The position numbers and the translations under genes were made by a program. From the NCBI GenBank assembly GCA_001643675.2, contig LSRY02000009.1:1364001-1428000 (forward strand): a stretch of DNA of 64,000 nucleotides, read 5' to 3'. Source of the DNA: Monocercomonoides exilis PA203 (Eukaryota; Protista; Preaxostyla). A model generated the notes under the pieces. That model saw only the letters and a list, made by a program, of their open reading frames with translations. It searched no databases and was not told the origin of the DNA. Position 1 is the stretch's first letter, and each line of letters begins with the position of its first letter. Of the stretch, positions 50,301 through 63,700 are shown piece after piece.

Positions 50301-51801
50301 GGCATATGGTACTTATACGCCACCTTGCCAAATTAAAGATAAACTTTCGATCACATGTTAAAAGCACATTTGAAAAGATTATTCAATCGTTAATTAGTGG
50401 AAAAATCAGATTTTATAGAAAAAATTTTTGATCAACCCATAAAAAATTCAATATATTTGTGCACAAAATTATCGGTTTTTTTATTGATGAGTATATATAT
50501 TATACCAAAAACATTAACGAATGTCAAATATTAAATCATTTGATGGAGGAAAAACATAATTTATTGAAGATTTTTTGCGATAATGGAGAAACCATGCAAT
50601 GGCTTCACGACAATGTGATTAACACTGTCAGAAGATGCCCAATAGCAACATGTCGTTCATTAATGATTTTGATTAGAGGAAGCGAAGGAAAACGGTTATT
50701 TAGATGCCGCAAATACAGAAAAGAAGTCTCTTATAGAACAGGAACTCCGTTTTCAAAATCTAGGCTTTCAATTTCAAATCTTATTCTGACATTTTTCTTC
50801 TTTGAACCATCATCTCAATATTAAACAAACATCATCTCTAACTTCATGCGAAAGACACAGTGTTTCTTATTATTATTGCATTTGCCGGAGAACATGCGCT
50901 CGGATGATAGGAGGAATCTAAACTCCCATAGGAGGTACTGGCCGCATTGTGTAAATTGAGGAAGTTGTTTGGAGAAGGCGAAAATACAAGAGAGGTTCTG
51001 ATTCTTTATCTGTTGAAACTTTATTTTTGATTGAACTTTTTTTGTCAGGCTGTGCGAAGTTGCAAATATGGATTTTCTGTGCTCAGGAACGAGGAGGAAA
51101 AGCATTTGTTTTCCTCGTTGCAAACTGATCTGCTTCAGTATTAATTCCGTTAATAAAAAAATATTTATCCAGGAACAGAAATTTACTCTGATCAATGGAA
51201 AGCATGTTTATCTTTGAGTGAGAACGGATTCACACACAAGACTGTCAATCATTCCGAGCATTTTGTAGGTTTGAATTTTCTTTTATTATCGTCTTTTTTC
51301 ATGAAATGATATTTTGCACTAATTCAGATCCAATCACAGGCGCTTGCACAAATCATATCGAAGCGTTGTGGGCTGCAATTCGAAAGTTCATTTATTCACA
51401 TGGAGTGAGACAAAATAGAATGCAAGAATATATCTATTCCTTTTTGTTTTTCAGAAATCGAAAAGTTGATTTTTCTGTTTTTGTGTCGAATGTTATGAAA
51501 TACAGTGATGAAGAATACAAAGCTCTTGAGGATGAAGCTTTTGGTCCAGAGGAAGAGGAAGAAGAAGCTGGAGCAGAAATGCTTCACGAAGAAGAATCTT
51601 CAGAATCAGAATACGAAATTGAAACAGACACATTGTCAGATGGGGCTGGGGATGGAGCTGATGCATTTGAATGGGAGGCTGATAAATAAATACCGATTTT
51701 TCCACATATCATTCTTCTTAAATTTAAAAAACAACATGCTCTCTTTGATTATTTCTTTGTTTTGTGAAGATTTGTGAGGTGGCTTATAAGTACCATTTGC
51801 C
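50301..51801 (+). mobile_element. Merlin DNA transposon, inner element (1501 bp), perfect 8-bp TSD GTAAGCGA
   Basis: 25-bp TIR GGCATATGGTACTTATACGCCACCT and AGGTGGCTTATAAGTACCATTTGCC. TSD at 50293-50300 and 51802-51809. Confidence 0.95.
50543..51689 (+). pseudogene. Inner Merlin transposase (introns 50995-51048 and 51269-51327)
   Basis: Cys-containing N-terminus, 'PIGGTGRIV*IEE', 'YPGTEIYSDQWK', 'VNHSEHFV^DPITGACTNHIEALW' and an acidic tail. Confidence 0.88.
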
Positions 51802-52619
51802 GTAAGCGATGGCGTAAATTCAACCGAATGGACGGAATCAATTGAACAAGTTCCCCGTTCAATCTTTTTTGACATTTCGAATATAAATTAGTGAAAAAAT
51901 AACAAAAACAATAAAAATCATCATATTTTTATTTTTCATAATGGGAAATGATCAAATTGGTACCAGGAACTACTCCACTTGCTGATTATCCAACTTTGGG
52001 ATTGTGCCAAATTATTTATTTATGGATATTATAAAAATGGGCGTGATCAAATAGGATGCTAATTGAATCTCCTTTAACCAAATTTATTCGATGTAAGTTG
52101 ATGCTGTTTAGAGTGCACTAACTAAAATTGGAAAGGCTAATGCTTTCAAAATTAGTAATTTATTGCACATTTTACAACAAAACAATATTTTCGCTTTTTG
52201 CTTCAAAAAACAAATAAAATTCACTTTGCCAAAAGATCTTTTAAAACCAACTGAAAATCCAAAAAAAGTATTAAGCACACCTCAAGATACATACCGTTCC
52301 AATGAGCGTGACACTTCCAAAAGCATTCCACCCGTGGTACATAAGCTGAATGATGAACATGAAATGCAATTCGCTTCACAAATCTTCGCAATCAACTCCC
52401 AAAGCCAATCTCTTCCCCTTCAGAAAACATACATCCCTGCTTCATTATCATCACACTTATTCTCACACGCTTTCTCTAATTCACTCTTCTGCGTGCACAC
52501 TCTGATAATCTTCCTGTATTGTTGGCACTTCATACAGCATCCCCTTCCCCCCTTTCTTCCCTAGCAGCTCTATCAGAATCGAATAGTTTTCAACAAGCTC
52601 CTTCGGCAGACGCGGAAGT

Positions 52620-52754
52620 AGCTCATTTCTCAATAATTCATTCCTCAACAATTCATTCTTCAGCAACTCATTCTTCAGCAACTCATTTCCCTGTAACTTA
52701 CTGGACATTAACTTATTGTCTATTAACTTATTGTTCGGTAACTTATTGCCAATC
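52620..52754 (-). repeat. 15-bp coding minisatellite (about 9 units, N[KE]Lxx pentapeptide)
   Basis: AACTCATTCTTCAGC-like units inside ORF 52481-53125. Confidence 0.8.
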
Positions 52755-54974
52755 GGCTCACCCATCCCTACCTGCTGAACACCAAATGGCGAAAGCGGAG
52801 AAGATGGTGAAGATGTCAGAGATGGTGAAGGAATCGAAGAAGATGAATGATAAGAGGGAGATGAACAGGAAGAGGGAGACGATGATGGAGGCAACATCAA
52901 GCTCGATGGAGGAACACATATAGAATCGCGTCTGTTCGAATGTCTGTATGCACATACATGCTTAATTCTCTCCTCATCAACAACTTCCTTCATTTTCTCT
53001 TTCCCCTCCATACTCAACTCAAACTCAATATAGTCCTCCTTCTTTTCCTTCTCTTCATCCTCTTTCCATTCACTCTTCCTATTCACTCTTCCCTCCTCTC
53101 TCCTCTCCACAATCCTCAAATCCATCTCTTTTCCTCCTATTCTCCTTCTCCTTCTCCTTCTTCTCCTTCTTCTTCTTCCTCCTCTTCATTTTCCTCCTTC
53201 CAAAACCCCCAAAAATTCCATCCTCCGCCTCTTTCTCGGAGCACTTCCTGGAGCGGCATGCCCATTCTTTTGGTGCAGAGCCGGAGAAGATGGGGAAAAG
53301 GGGGAATCATTCGGAGTTGCCGGCAGAAATCGGGAAATTGTGGGGTAGCGGAAGGAAACAATGGAGAACAGACAGGCAAATAGAGAAGGAGGAGGAAGAA
53401 AAAGAGAAAGAGAAAGAGGTGGCACATGAAGGAGAAGAAGAAGCTGAGAGCACTGGAAGAGGAAGAGGAAGAGGAAGAGGAAGAAGATGCAACAAAATCT
53501 GACGAATGGGAAAGAGAAGATGGACGACAAGAAGCAGCAAGCTTTGCCGAAGCAGCATTTGTCTAAAGAGTCTGCTGAGAAGAGAAGAAAGAAGCAGAAT
53601 AAGAAAGATGTATCTATTGAGAAAGTTGCATTACCTGTTGAAGATAATGAGGATGTTGAAGATGATGTTAAAGTTATTGCAATTGTTATTGTTATTTCAA
53701 TTGTTGGTAGACATTTGTTGAGGTTTCACTGTGTTGTGGAGGAGCATCTGAATTAGTCTTCTTTGGCTTCTGAGTGAAATGCTGCGTTTTCATTTGTGTC
53801 TTCATTGGAGTTTTCATTTGTGTCTATGATTGCAAAAGAAATGTGACGTTGTTGCTGAATATGAATATGAATATGAATATGAATCTGATGAAGATGAAGA
53901 TGTTGTGTGTGGTTTAAAATGATAAGTTGGTTGGGCTGTTGAAACAGAGAAAGAAGGAGAAGGAGAAGGAGAAGGAGAAAGAAAAGAAGAAGGAGAAGAG
54001 GAATTACAAGCAATATTGAAGAATAAGGTTTCTTATATGCAGAAAAAGAACATATTGTTTTCTTTATTCTTATTATTTATCTTCTTATTTTATTTTTGAT
54101 TTTATTTTTATTTTTTTATTATCGTCTTCTTCTTCTTTGTTGATAAAGAGAGAAGGAAAAGGAGAAGAAGGAGGAGAAGGAAAGGAAAAGGTTGAGGTGG
54201 AAGAGGAAGAGGAAGATGGAGGCGAAGATATCGATGAAATAAACGATGAAAAAAATGAAGAAAATGAAGAAAATAAAGTGGATGAATATTTCTTGAATTT
54301 CTTATATTTTTTGGATGATTTGTCGTTGTTGATGGCTTTCTTATTGAAGCTTTCGTATTTCCCTTCAGATTCTTCAATCCTTTTTCATTCAATCCTTTTT
54401 CAATGTCTTTTTCTATTTCTCCGTCTCTCAAAATTTCTTAGTTCATCTCCTTTTCTATTTCTCCGTTTCTTCCTCTTCATCTTCTTCTTCATCTTCTTCT
54501 TCCTCCTCTATTTCTCCGTTTCTCTCTTCTTCTCCGCTTTCTTCGGATCAATCAAAGAAGAATAAATGAAGGAAAATTGAGGAAAAGAAGAGGAAGGAAA
54601 AGAGGAATGAGAAGAAGAAGAAGAAGCTGAGGAAGAAAGAGAAGAAGAAATATTTCTTTCTTTGATTTGAAAGAAAGAGAAACAAGAAGAGGATGAAATA
54701 AAGAAGAAGGAGGAGGAGGAGAAGACAAAAAGATTAATGTTTGTTGACTTCTGTTTAATTCAACTTTGAGAGAAAAGCGTTCCGTTGCTGTTGGAAAATG
54801 AAGAAAGAGGGTTTTTTTTTTTTTGATAGAGAGAGGAGAGGAAGAGAAAGAGGGAGAAGGAGAAGAAATAATAATTTCATTTCAACTTTTCTTGATTGAA
54901 TTGCAACATCATCACTCACTTCACACACCTCCTAACAATAGCTGAAGCAACTGCCAGAGGAAGAAATAGAACAA

Positions 54975-55187
54975 GATGAGGAAGAAGAAGATGAGGAAGA
55001 AGAAGATGAGGAAGAAGAAGATGAGGAAGAAGAAGAAGAAGAAGAAGAAGAAGAAGAAGAAGAAGAAGAAGAAGAAGAAGAAGAAGAAGAAGAAGAAGAA
55101 GAAGAAGAAGAAGAAGAAGAAGAAGAAGAAGAAGAAGAAGAAGAAGAAGAAGAAGAAGAAGAAGAAGAAGAAGAAGAAGAAGAAGAA
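54975..55187. repeat. (GAA)n microsatellite, about 54 pure units (55026-55187), preceded by GATGAGGAAGAAGAA units
   Basis: Direct reading. Further GAA/GAT/GGT runs occur at 55567-55690. Confidence 0.97.
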
Positions 55188-55594
55188 GAGAAAAGAAAAG
55201 AATTGCTTATGTTTGTTTCTTTGATAGCAGAAGCAAGCAGATGAAACAAGAATCTATTGAAGAGAAGAAGAAATTCATTTGTTTTTATTTGAATTCGTTG
55301 ATTATGAAGATACATCTTTATTTTATTCAATTGTATTAGAGAAGATGTTGAATGATGATGTTGATGATGATGGAGAAATATTGGATTTGTTTATTGTTCT
55401 AGTTTATTTTTAGGATTTTCTTCTTCTTCTTTCTCTTCTTCTTTCTCTTCTTCTTTCTCTTCCTTCTTCTCAAATTGCTTTCTCCAAAAGCTGAATCAGT
55501 TCTGAGAATGGAGAAAGAATGAAGAAAGAGAAGGAAATACGAAAGGGAATGTTTTGATGATTATGTTGAAGAAGAAGAAGAAGAAGAAGAAGAA

Positions 55595-55650
<56 letters not shown>

Positions 55651-58600
55651 TGATGATGATGGTGGTGGTGGTGGAGGTGGTGGTGGTAGCGATGGAGGCG
55701 GTGATGAATTCAATGGCGAAGAAGAAGAAGAAGAAGAATTCAAAGATGGAGAATATAATCATTAAAATGCAGATTAAGAAAAAGAAGTGAAAGTCGAAGA
55801 CGAAGACGAAGGTGAAAGTGAACGTGAAGAGAAAGAAGAAGAAGAAGAAGGCGAATAAAAAGAAAAAAACGAATATTAATCGGCTGTTGTTTCCTCCTCC
55901 GCACTTGTATTTTGTGTAGCATTCCAACCACATCCATGATGAAGGAGAAGCTCAGAATCTCATGCAGACACAAAACTGTCTGGATAAATTGACTGTTGAT
56001 TAAGAAGAAAAGGAAGAAGAAGAGGAAGAAGAAAAAGAAGAAGAAGGAGAAGAAGCATGCAAACTACGTGAGACAGAAAGAAGAAATCATTCCAGAAGCC
56101 TTCTTATTTAATTACTGTCATTGTTTTTGACTTCTTCTGCTGTGTTATCTGCTGATAATCAATTTGGCTTACAAAAATGTGATGTTCTGCCTCTTGTTCT
56201 GTTATGTATGTTTGTGCAGTTTGATTGACAGGCAGTAAATCAAATGAACAATTCCAGCTCGCTCCACAGCAATTGTTCTTTTCTTGTCTTCTCACTTGCT
56301 GAATTGGAATCACTTGACCAAGACGAAGCAGAGAGAAATGAAGGGAATACTTTGTTAAAGCAGCATCAGGCAAATTGGCAGCAAAAAGTGCGAAAGGACA
56401 ATTTCCTTTGTGGTTTTTGCATGTGTTACAGGATCGGAAATGTTTCAAATGAATTTCATACGAAAATCAAAGTGTCTGTCCACTTGTTACTTGTTTCCTT
56501 CTCTCTTCAGCTTGTTCTGTAGCGCTCACTTTACCTCCTGAATCAGTTTCAGCATCTGGCTGTTTGTCTTCCACTGAAACAGAATCCTCTCTATCGGCAT
56601 CTCAAATGTCATACAAGCAATTGCCTACATGTATGCCTTCTGTCTCGTTACACAGCTCAGAATCGCTTCCACACTCCGATAGAAGCGAGTTGACTTATAA
56701 GGATCTTGGATCTCTGCTCCCTTTTGTGATAGAGAAAGAAGGGACTAAAACGCACAGATATGAAGCAAAGAAACCCCAGTTCCAAACTTCGCTCGTGCAA
56801 ACCCTGGGTTTATCGCTGAATAAACAGAAGAAGAAAGAAAAAGAAGAAAAAGAAGAATGTTGAGTAATTTGAGCTGTGTGAGACGAGATCTTGCTTCTTT
56901 TCGCTAGTAGAATCAATTTGTGATCAAGTTTCATATCTTCATGTCAAAAGCTCTTGCTGTGTGCGTGTCAGAAGGTCAATGACAAACAGTGAATGAATTC
57001 TCTCACAAATACAATCAACAGCTCATCTTCGACTCTTGCCTTCCTCAAATCTTCTTGAAGTGTCAGCTACGGAGCTTCCTGTACGATTCATAAACGATTT
57101 CTATGAAGAAAATGCGCAATGAAACATATTCTTCTTCTTAACTTTTTCGGTGAACAACGTTATTTCATCTTTCTTCTAAAATCTTTTTAAGCTCCTTTTT
57201 CTTTTTCTGTTTTCCGTAAAAATCATTGAATTCTGCGTTGCTCATGAGCGTCGCTTCTTTGTTCGAATTCCATTGCATGAGAAAATTTTTCTTGTGAATT
57301 TACAACAATTACGTTAAAATTCTCACCATTAATTTCAAATCTTCATAAGTTACACGAATAATTCGATAAAACTTATTATCAAATTCATTATATTTAAAAG
57401 TTAAAGCAATTATCTCCATCACACATTTGATATATCTTCCGCTGTAGTTTCCTGGAATATTGCGTTTATTAAAATATTTTTTTATAATTAATATTATGGA
57501 TTTCATTTCAAATATTTTTAAAACAAAATATAAAAATTCACATTATAAAATGAAAGCAGAATTGGAATGGAACAAAAAAGTGTTTTTTTCAAAATTCAAA
57601 AATAATTCCATTTGTTATTTTCACAGCTTTTTTGATTATCGGGTTTTCTTATTTTTCAAAAAAAATGAAATGGGTTTATTTGAATCAAATTGATCCATTG
57701 CAATTTATTTCAAATTATTTCATTGAAGAAAATGTGTCTTTCATTCATCAATTGAGAAAATAGAACAACAAAAATGAATCTAAAATTTTTTGAAATTAAA
57801 TATTTTTTTCTTCAAATAAATTCCATTTTTCAATTTTTAGCAGATGGCATATTTGTTACACAAACAAGTGAGAGAATAATTTGAAGCAATAATGAATAAT
57901 TTTTAGGTTCAAAATTGAAATTGAATGCTTCAAGTCATTCAAAATGCATTTATATGGGTGTATAAAACATTGCATAAACCATTTGAATTATGTTTTTTTG
58001 AATTGAATATTCAAGAATTAGTTTTTCAATGAAAATTAAATCACAAAGTATATATTGAACCATAAAATGAGATAATTGCAGTTCGATTAATGCATATGTG
58101 GATCTTTGTGAACGTTGAGAAAAGAACATCATAACGAATGATCCAGACATTTGCATAGCACCAAGTTGTGCTTCAAATACATTAAAAAGTGGCCGAAATT
58201 GTGTTATTCAAACGCAGGGAATCAGGTGGCAGAGAGGCGGAGGATAAAAATGTCAACTATATGAAAGGGGTGTGTTTCCTTTTTGATAGGAAGGGCTGTG
58301 TCACTGAATACACAATTCAAATCATTAAGTTTGATGATGTTCATACTATGAATCATATTGAATTCAACAAAGATGAAGAAGTTACAGTGGTAGGTGTTTC
58401 TTGTTAGAATGGGAAGAAATTGAGGTAACACTTGATTACTATTGCAAAATTGTGTGTCATCTGTTCGTCTGTTCATCTGCTACAATAAAGTGTAATTCGA
58501 ATATATTGAAATGAAACAACGATGGTCTTTTTCAAAAGCGAATAAAGATCCACCAAAGAGTGACATACTTGTACGAGCAAGGCTATTTACAGTTCTCGTG

Positions 58601-60990
58601 GCAGAAGGTTCGGATGTTAAAATGAGCATTAAGAACTGTCAAAGTGTTCCGTCAAAGGCGGAAGCTTCAAATAATGAAAATGAAGATGTTGAAATTTATC
58701 CGTTGAAAGTCTATGCAAGAAAATTTGTTACAAAGACAGTTGAATGCAAAGGAGAAAAAGAGATGAGTATTGAAAAACAATAATTTGATATCAATGACTC
58801 CTCTTCAGGAAATAGTGACAAAGTCGATGTGAGCGTGATAATGTGACAGTGAACGAAGGAGTAATAATAAATATTCAAGATTTCGTAGTTAGAACTTCAA
58901 ATATTTAAACAGAAGGGATGATTTTTCTACAGTGATATAAGATGAAGAACTGAAGATTGAAACTTTGAGAATGATGACTTATAAGGATTTTTTAACAGAA
59001 ATGGGTAGAAACAAGGAGTACATATTCAAGACATATAAAAGCAGTCAAATGATAGCAAGGAGCAAGCTTGGTTTAAGTAGGAAGGTTTTACACTGTCTGG
59101 GATTTCAAACATAAAACAAATAAGTCAAAGAGAACATTAACAAAGCATAAGGTTTGTCAGTTGCATCATTGTGCATGTTTGGAAAAATTTTGATGATTTC
59201 AACAAAAGTGGAGATGAATTCGAATTGTCAAAGAGCATGAAGAAAGGAAATGTGGAATGGAAGATGATTGAAAAAGATGAATAATATGAGCTTGAAGATA
59301 TGAATGAAACATTGAAGTGAGAAGGACAGAAAGAAGAGTCACAACTGGAAAAATATAAGTCAAATTCCAAAACAATTTCATTAAGGAAATAGTTGTGCGA
59401 ATGTTGAGATCGTTGTAACTTGGAATAAAAGGTATGGGACCAACAATAATATTGGTCATAAAATGAAACAGTTGATTGCTTGTTGAGAAATTAGAATTAA
59501 TGAAAAATTAAGGAAAACATGAAGAAGAAGTATTTAAGTTTCTGTGAAATCTTCATTAAAAAGTTATGTGCCTTGGATTACCTTAATTTATTTTTCTTCA
59601 AAAAAGTTAAACCCGTTATGCATAAATTTTGAGTATTTATTGTGCTTGTTTGTTATTAACAAATAAGAGTTGTTTGCTATCATTTCTTCTTTTCATTTTT
59701 TTGAGTTATGTTTTTTATTAATCTATTCTATTATTTTCAAATAAAATATTTTTTGAAACTTAGGCTTAATGCCTTTCACTATTTTCTTTATTGTGTTAAT
59801 GATTTATCCTTGATGAATGTCTAGGGACGTATTTAAATGTTTTTTGTTTAAAATTGTATTTAACTAGATGTGTATTTTACGTTCTGAATGGAAATTCGTG
59901 CTTTTGTAATTCACTATTGATCTTGCGAAGGTAAAAAATATATCTGTATTTAATTTTTTTATTGTTATTATTATTGATTGACTTATTTATAAGTGTAATC
60001 ATTATATTGATTGATTGTATTTTTGAATGAAGCGAAATGTTTTTCTGAATGAAATATCGATTGAGAATGACAATTTATTGTGTATCAGTTATGCTGGAAA
60101 AATGATGATTAAAATGATTTTGATTGTTATGCTTTGTCTTTTGAAAAGTGTTTTTTCACTTTTGCAATTTGACTATCTTCCTGTAAGATATTTTGAGCAC
60201 ATTCGTTTACAACTTCAATTTTCTTTCTGAATTGCTTGTATTTAAATTATCATAGAAATTCTGCGAGCAAAGTATTTTACTGCTGAATTGTGAAATTTAT
60301 CAGTAGGAAGTTAATGAAGAAAATTTTAAGATTTTTTTAACTTTGTTGAACATGTAGAGGATAATATGTTCTTTAACAAGAAGCTTCGCATTCTCATTTT
60401 GTTTTAACAACAATAAGGTTTGTGCAAATTTTCTAACAAATTTTTGATTTTTAAATGAATGATTATTAAAATATTTGTTATTATTTGGAAAAACAACTTG
60501 AAAGAGAAATTAACATTTATATATTTCTATAATTGTTTCATTATATAATATTTGACAATGAAGTTTAAGAGGCTTGTATATTTTGTGTACAATTCCTTGA
60601 TTGAACTTGAATTTCATAGAGAAAAAGTTGTATTTAAGAAAATAAATTGTTTAAAAAAATTTTTTTGCAGTTGTTTTATGTTATAGCATTGAATGAATCA
60701 AATTTAATGATGTATTAAAAATTTTGATGAAGATTTTAAAAAAATTATCAGATGGAATATTTTAAATATTTCTTTTTGATCAGTTTAAAATATGTTTTTC
60801 TCGAAACTAATGTGTTTTTGATTTTTGGCGCACTTGTTATTTGCTAAAGTGTATTGAGAAAAAGACATTCTTAAAATTTCCACTTTGAAAAGTAAGTGTG
60901 ATTTCCCAAGCACTTATGATGACATTTTCTATGCTTTAACTTATTAAAGCAATTAAAATTATTAATTTTTTTGGAAATAAGAAAATATTA

Positions 60991-61692
60991 ATGAACATAT
61001 TTGACAAAACAGAGCAAGCGATAATAGAGTTTGTCCAATCGTTTTCATTTTGTGAACAGGTTGATTGCACATCACCTCAAATGAATGTGCTTATTGTTCT
61101 GTTAAAATTCGTTGCCATAAGATATAAAGCAACTTCTGCAAAAGGAGACGGAATTCAATTAGAATTTATTTATGCTCAATCAATGGTTGACAATTGCTCT
61201 TTTCAAAGCTGTTCTTCAGGAAACGATGCAGGTGCAATATACGTCATTGAGCCAAAAACTCAAAGGCAGAAAGAATGCATTATTAATTCGTTCTTTTATA
61301 ACTGTCAATGCTACGGAGCAATCGATGGGGCGGGGGGAGCAATTATTCATTGGTATCCAACGGACAAAGTCATTGTATCAAATTGTCTGTTTTGCAACAG
61401 CTATTCTATGTGTGGAGGTGGAGCTGTTGTACTGTTTGTAACATCAAATAACAATGGAATTTTATTATATTTCTGCTTTTTCCATAATAATACGTGCAGA
61501 ATAAGTGGACATGATATTATTCTTCAAAATTCTGCTGCAAATAACATCGATTCAACCTGCTACTCCACAAGGAATACATCAAATAGAGTCAGTTTAGATT
61601 ATTTGAGAATTGTTGATAAAAGCGAATGTCTTCGAAACGATTTTGGAAGAGTCGTGCTTATCTCTTTTTTTCTGTCTCAACAAATGCCTTGA
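60991..61692 (+). CDS. Cys/Gly-rich beta-helix (pectin-lyase-like) family ORF or fragment
   Basis: Repeated 'NCSFQSC..AGAI', 'GAGGAI', 'NCLFCNS..GGGAV'. Confidence 0.55.
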   Translation: MNIFDKTEQAIIEFVQSFSFCEQVDCTSPQMNVLIVLLKFVAIRYKATSAKGDGIQLEFIYAQSMVDNCSFQSCSSGNDAGAIYVIEPKTQRQKECIINSFFYNCQCYGAIDGAGGAIIHWYPTDKVIVSNCLFCNSYSMCGGGAVVLFVTSNNNGILLYFCFFHNNTCRISGHDIILQNSAANNIDSTCYSTRNTSNRVSLDYLRIVDKSECLRNDFGRVVLISFFLSQQMP

Positions 61693-63323
61693 CTGTTATG
61701 GACTTTGCCTTATTCATGGCTCGGCAAATACAAATAATAATGGTTCAACGCTATTTGATTTCACATAAACAGGAGTAATGGGCAATAACAAACTGAATAC
61801 ATCTTCTGGAAGTGGACAATCAACAGAAACAGCATTTTCAACTGAGCCGGCGAATGTTCAGAAAGAAAAGAAAAGATGGGAAATGTTCGCTAAACAATGA
61901 TTGTTTCTGTCACGTTATTACTTTTGTGATGTTTTACGAACGAAGCCTTTCGAATTTTTTTGAATTCTTCTTTTATGTGATAGATAGAACAAACATGGAA
62001 ATACAAAATACCACTTGAAAGGAGGAAATTTACATAAACTATCTCGATGCCTGAAAGCAGAAAATATTAAATCCACCGTATTTCCATTGACACAGCCAGA
62101 GTACATTTTTGCCTACAAACACACAATACGAAACACAAAACACTCCAATTTTATCCCTTTCCATTTGCACAATTCCTCGATCTAACACGTCTCATCCGCG
62201 GAGCTATCGACGGCGCGCTTTCCTTCATCACAACCGCACCAATTTTAACAAATTAGTTCATCGTCTTTCTATCTCTCTCTCCCTCCCTCTCCCTCTCTGC
62301 CAATTACAATTTTCACTCATCAATTATCAATTAGACACGAAGCACCCACTCCCACCGCCTTTATCTTCTCTTTGTTTTTCTCCTTCTTGAAATTTACTGA
62401 TTTTCCGCATTTCGCCCTTCTCCGTTTTTTTTTTCCTTCCTCTTCCTCTTTTTTTTCTTCCTCCTCTTCTGATTCCACTTCTGCTCCTTCTTCTCAATTT
62501 CTTTCGCTCATCTTTGTTATATTCCTCATTCAATTTGCAACCAATATCATCATTACAAGCAAGACTTTCTTAAGCATCCGCTATTTTTCTTCTTATCATT
62601 CGTTTTCTTCTTCTGCTGCTGCTTTTCCTTCATCTTCTCCTCTATTTCTTCTTCAATTTGATATAAATCGTGTCATTTCCTTTTGACATGACTGTATTCA
62701 ACTGAGTTTCGGAATTTTCTCCGGAAAATTTTGAACGGCCACGAACGGGGGAATTTTTTTGGGTGTCTTTTTTTTTTATTTTTATTTTTGAGTTCAATAA
62801 ATATTTATATCTATCTCTCTCTTTCTCTCATTCGTTCCGTCGTTGCTTGTGACTTAAGAAGGTGCGGAGGAGAAGAAGGAAGCAATCCTTTAGGTGTGAG
62901 AAGAATGATGCTGAGTCATAAGACGAAATGGAAGAAGACAAAGATGGTGAAAAGATGATGATTGAACGATTGCTGATTCAGAAGATGAAGCTGCTTTAGA
63001 AGAAGAACAAGAGGAAGAGGAAGAGGAAGAGGAAGAAGAATCGATTTTCTACAAATTCATCATCATCTGAATTCACGCACGTTCTTCAATCATCACTTTC
63101 TCTCCTTGCTCTTCTTCATCATCTCTTCTTCTTCCTTCACCTTAGCCATCATTCGCACCAATCTATCGATGAATCAGCTTACACAATAAGGCCTTGCCTC
63201 ATATTCACTTTTCCCTTCAAATGCCCAATCTTATGATTCATGTTCAAACATTTTGCTTTTTCCATCTATCAATGCACTGTCTTAGCTTTATACATTAGAA
63301 TGATAGGAATTTGCAAGCCGAGG

Positions 63324-63700
63324 TCATATTATGCACAATGAAATACCAACTAGTTCACACCAACTTGTTATTGAACGACTTTCAACTTTATTTTCTGAGA
63401 AAGACCAAGCAGAATAAGATTGAGTAGTCTCTATAACTGCTGCTCTTCCATGTTGCGCTGTGCAACTTGTGAAATTAGATTTCGTGATGTTCACATTTGA
63501 CAAACATATGCAGCATAATGCTCTACCATGATTTGTATTTGAACATTCGTTGAATGAGCAGGAAGTGATTGCAAGATTTGCATTTGCACAATAAACATGA
63601 AGTGCACCGCCATAACTTGATCCACCAGTTGAATCATTCCATTCGCACCATTCAAATTTATGGCTGCTCTCATCAAAAGAAGTCAACCTTTCAAGTCTCT
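63324..63700 (-). pseudogene. Beta-helix family fragment
   Basis: 'GGSSYGGALHVYC...ITSCSFNEC...SNFTSCTA'. Confidence 0.5.

Larger units (their letters stand above)
49224..51891 (+). pseudogene. Outer Merlin transposase (intron 49704-49756, tail interrupted by the inner element)
   Basis: 'IGGIGEVVEID', 'IWLFGAIER', 'IKPGTTIVSDDWSSY', 'TNLIEGAWS'. The frame resumes after 51801 as 'VSDGVNSTEW'. Confidence 0.88.
49136..51983 (+). mobile_element. Merlin (IS1595/ISXO2-like) DNA transposon, outer element
   Basis: TIR GGCAAGTGGAGTAGATCCTGGTACCA and TGGTACCAGGAACTACTCCACTTGCT. Degenerate 8-9 bp flanking similarity. Confidence 0.9.
52481..57280 (-). pseudogene. Large low-complexity (Ser/Glu-rich) gene region with a decayed protein-kinase-like 5' part
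   Basis: Minus strand at about 56900-57100 reads 'IVQE...LQEDL...HAHSKSF*HEDMKLDHKLIL', resembling the HRDxKxxN loop. Poly-Ser tracts lie downstream. Confidence 0.35.

Noticed and set aside
49136-51983. A single transposon with two cooperating transposase genes
   Set aside because: The second gene has its own TIRs and a perfect 8-bp TSD, so it is a nested insertion.
54976-55790. Poly-Lys and poly-Phe proteins
   Set aside because: They are alternative-frame translations of GAA microsatellites.
62701-62770. Possible structured ncRNA or promoter element
   Set aside because: Only a short AT-stem hairpin with no recognisable RNA family features.
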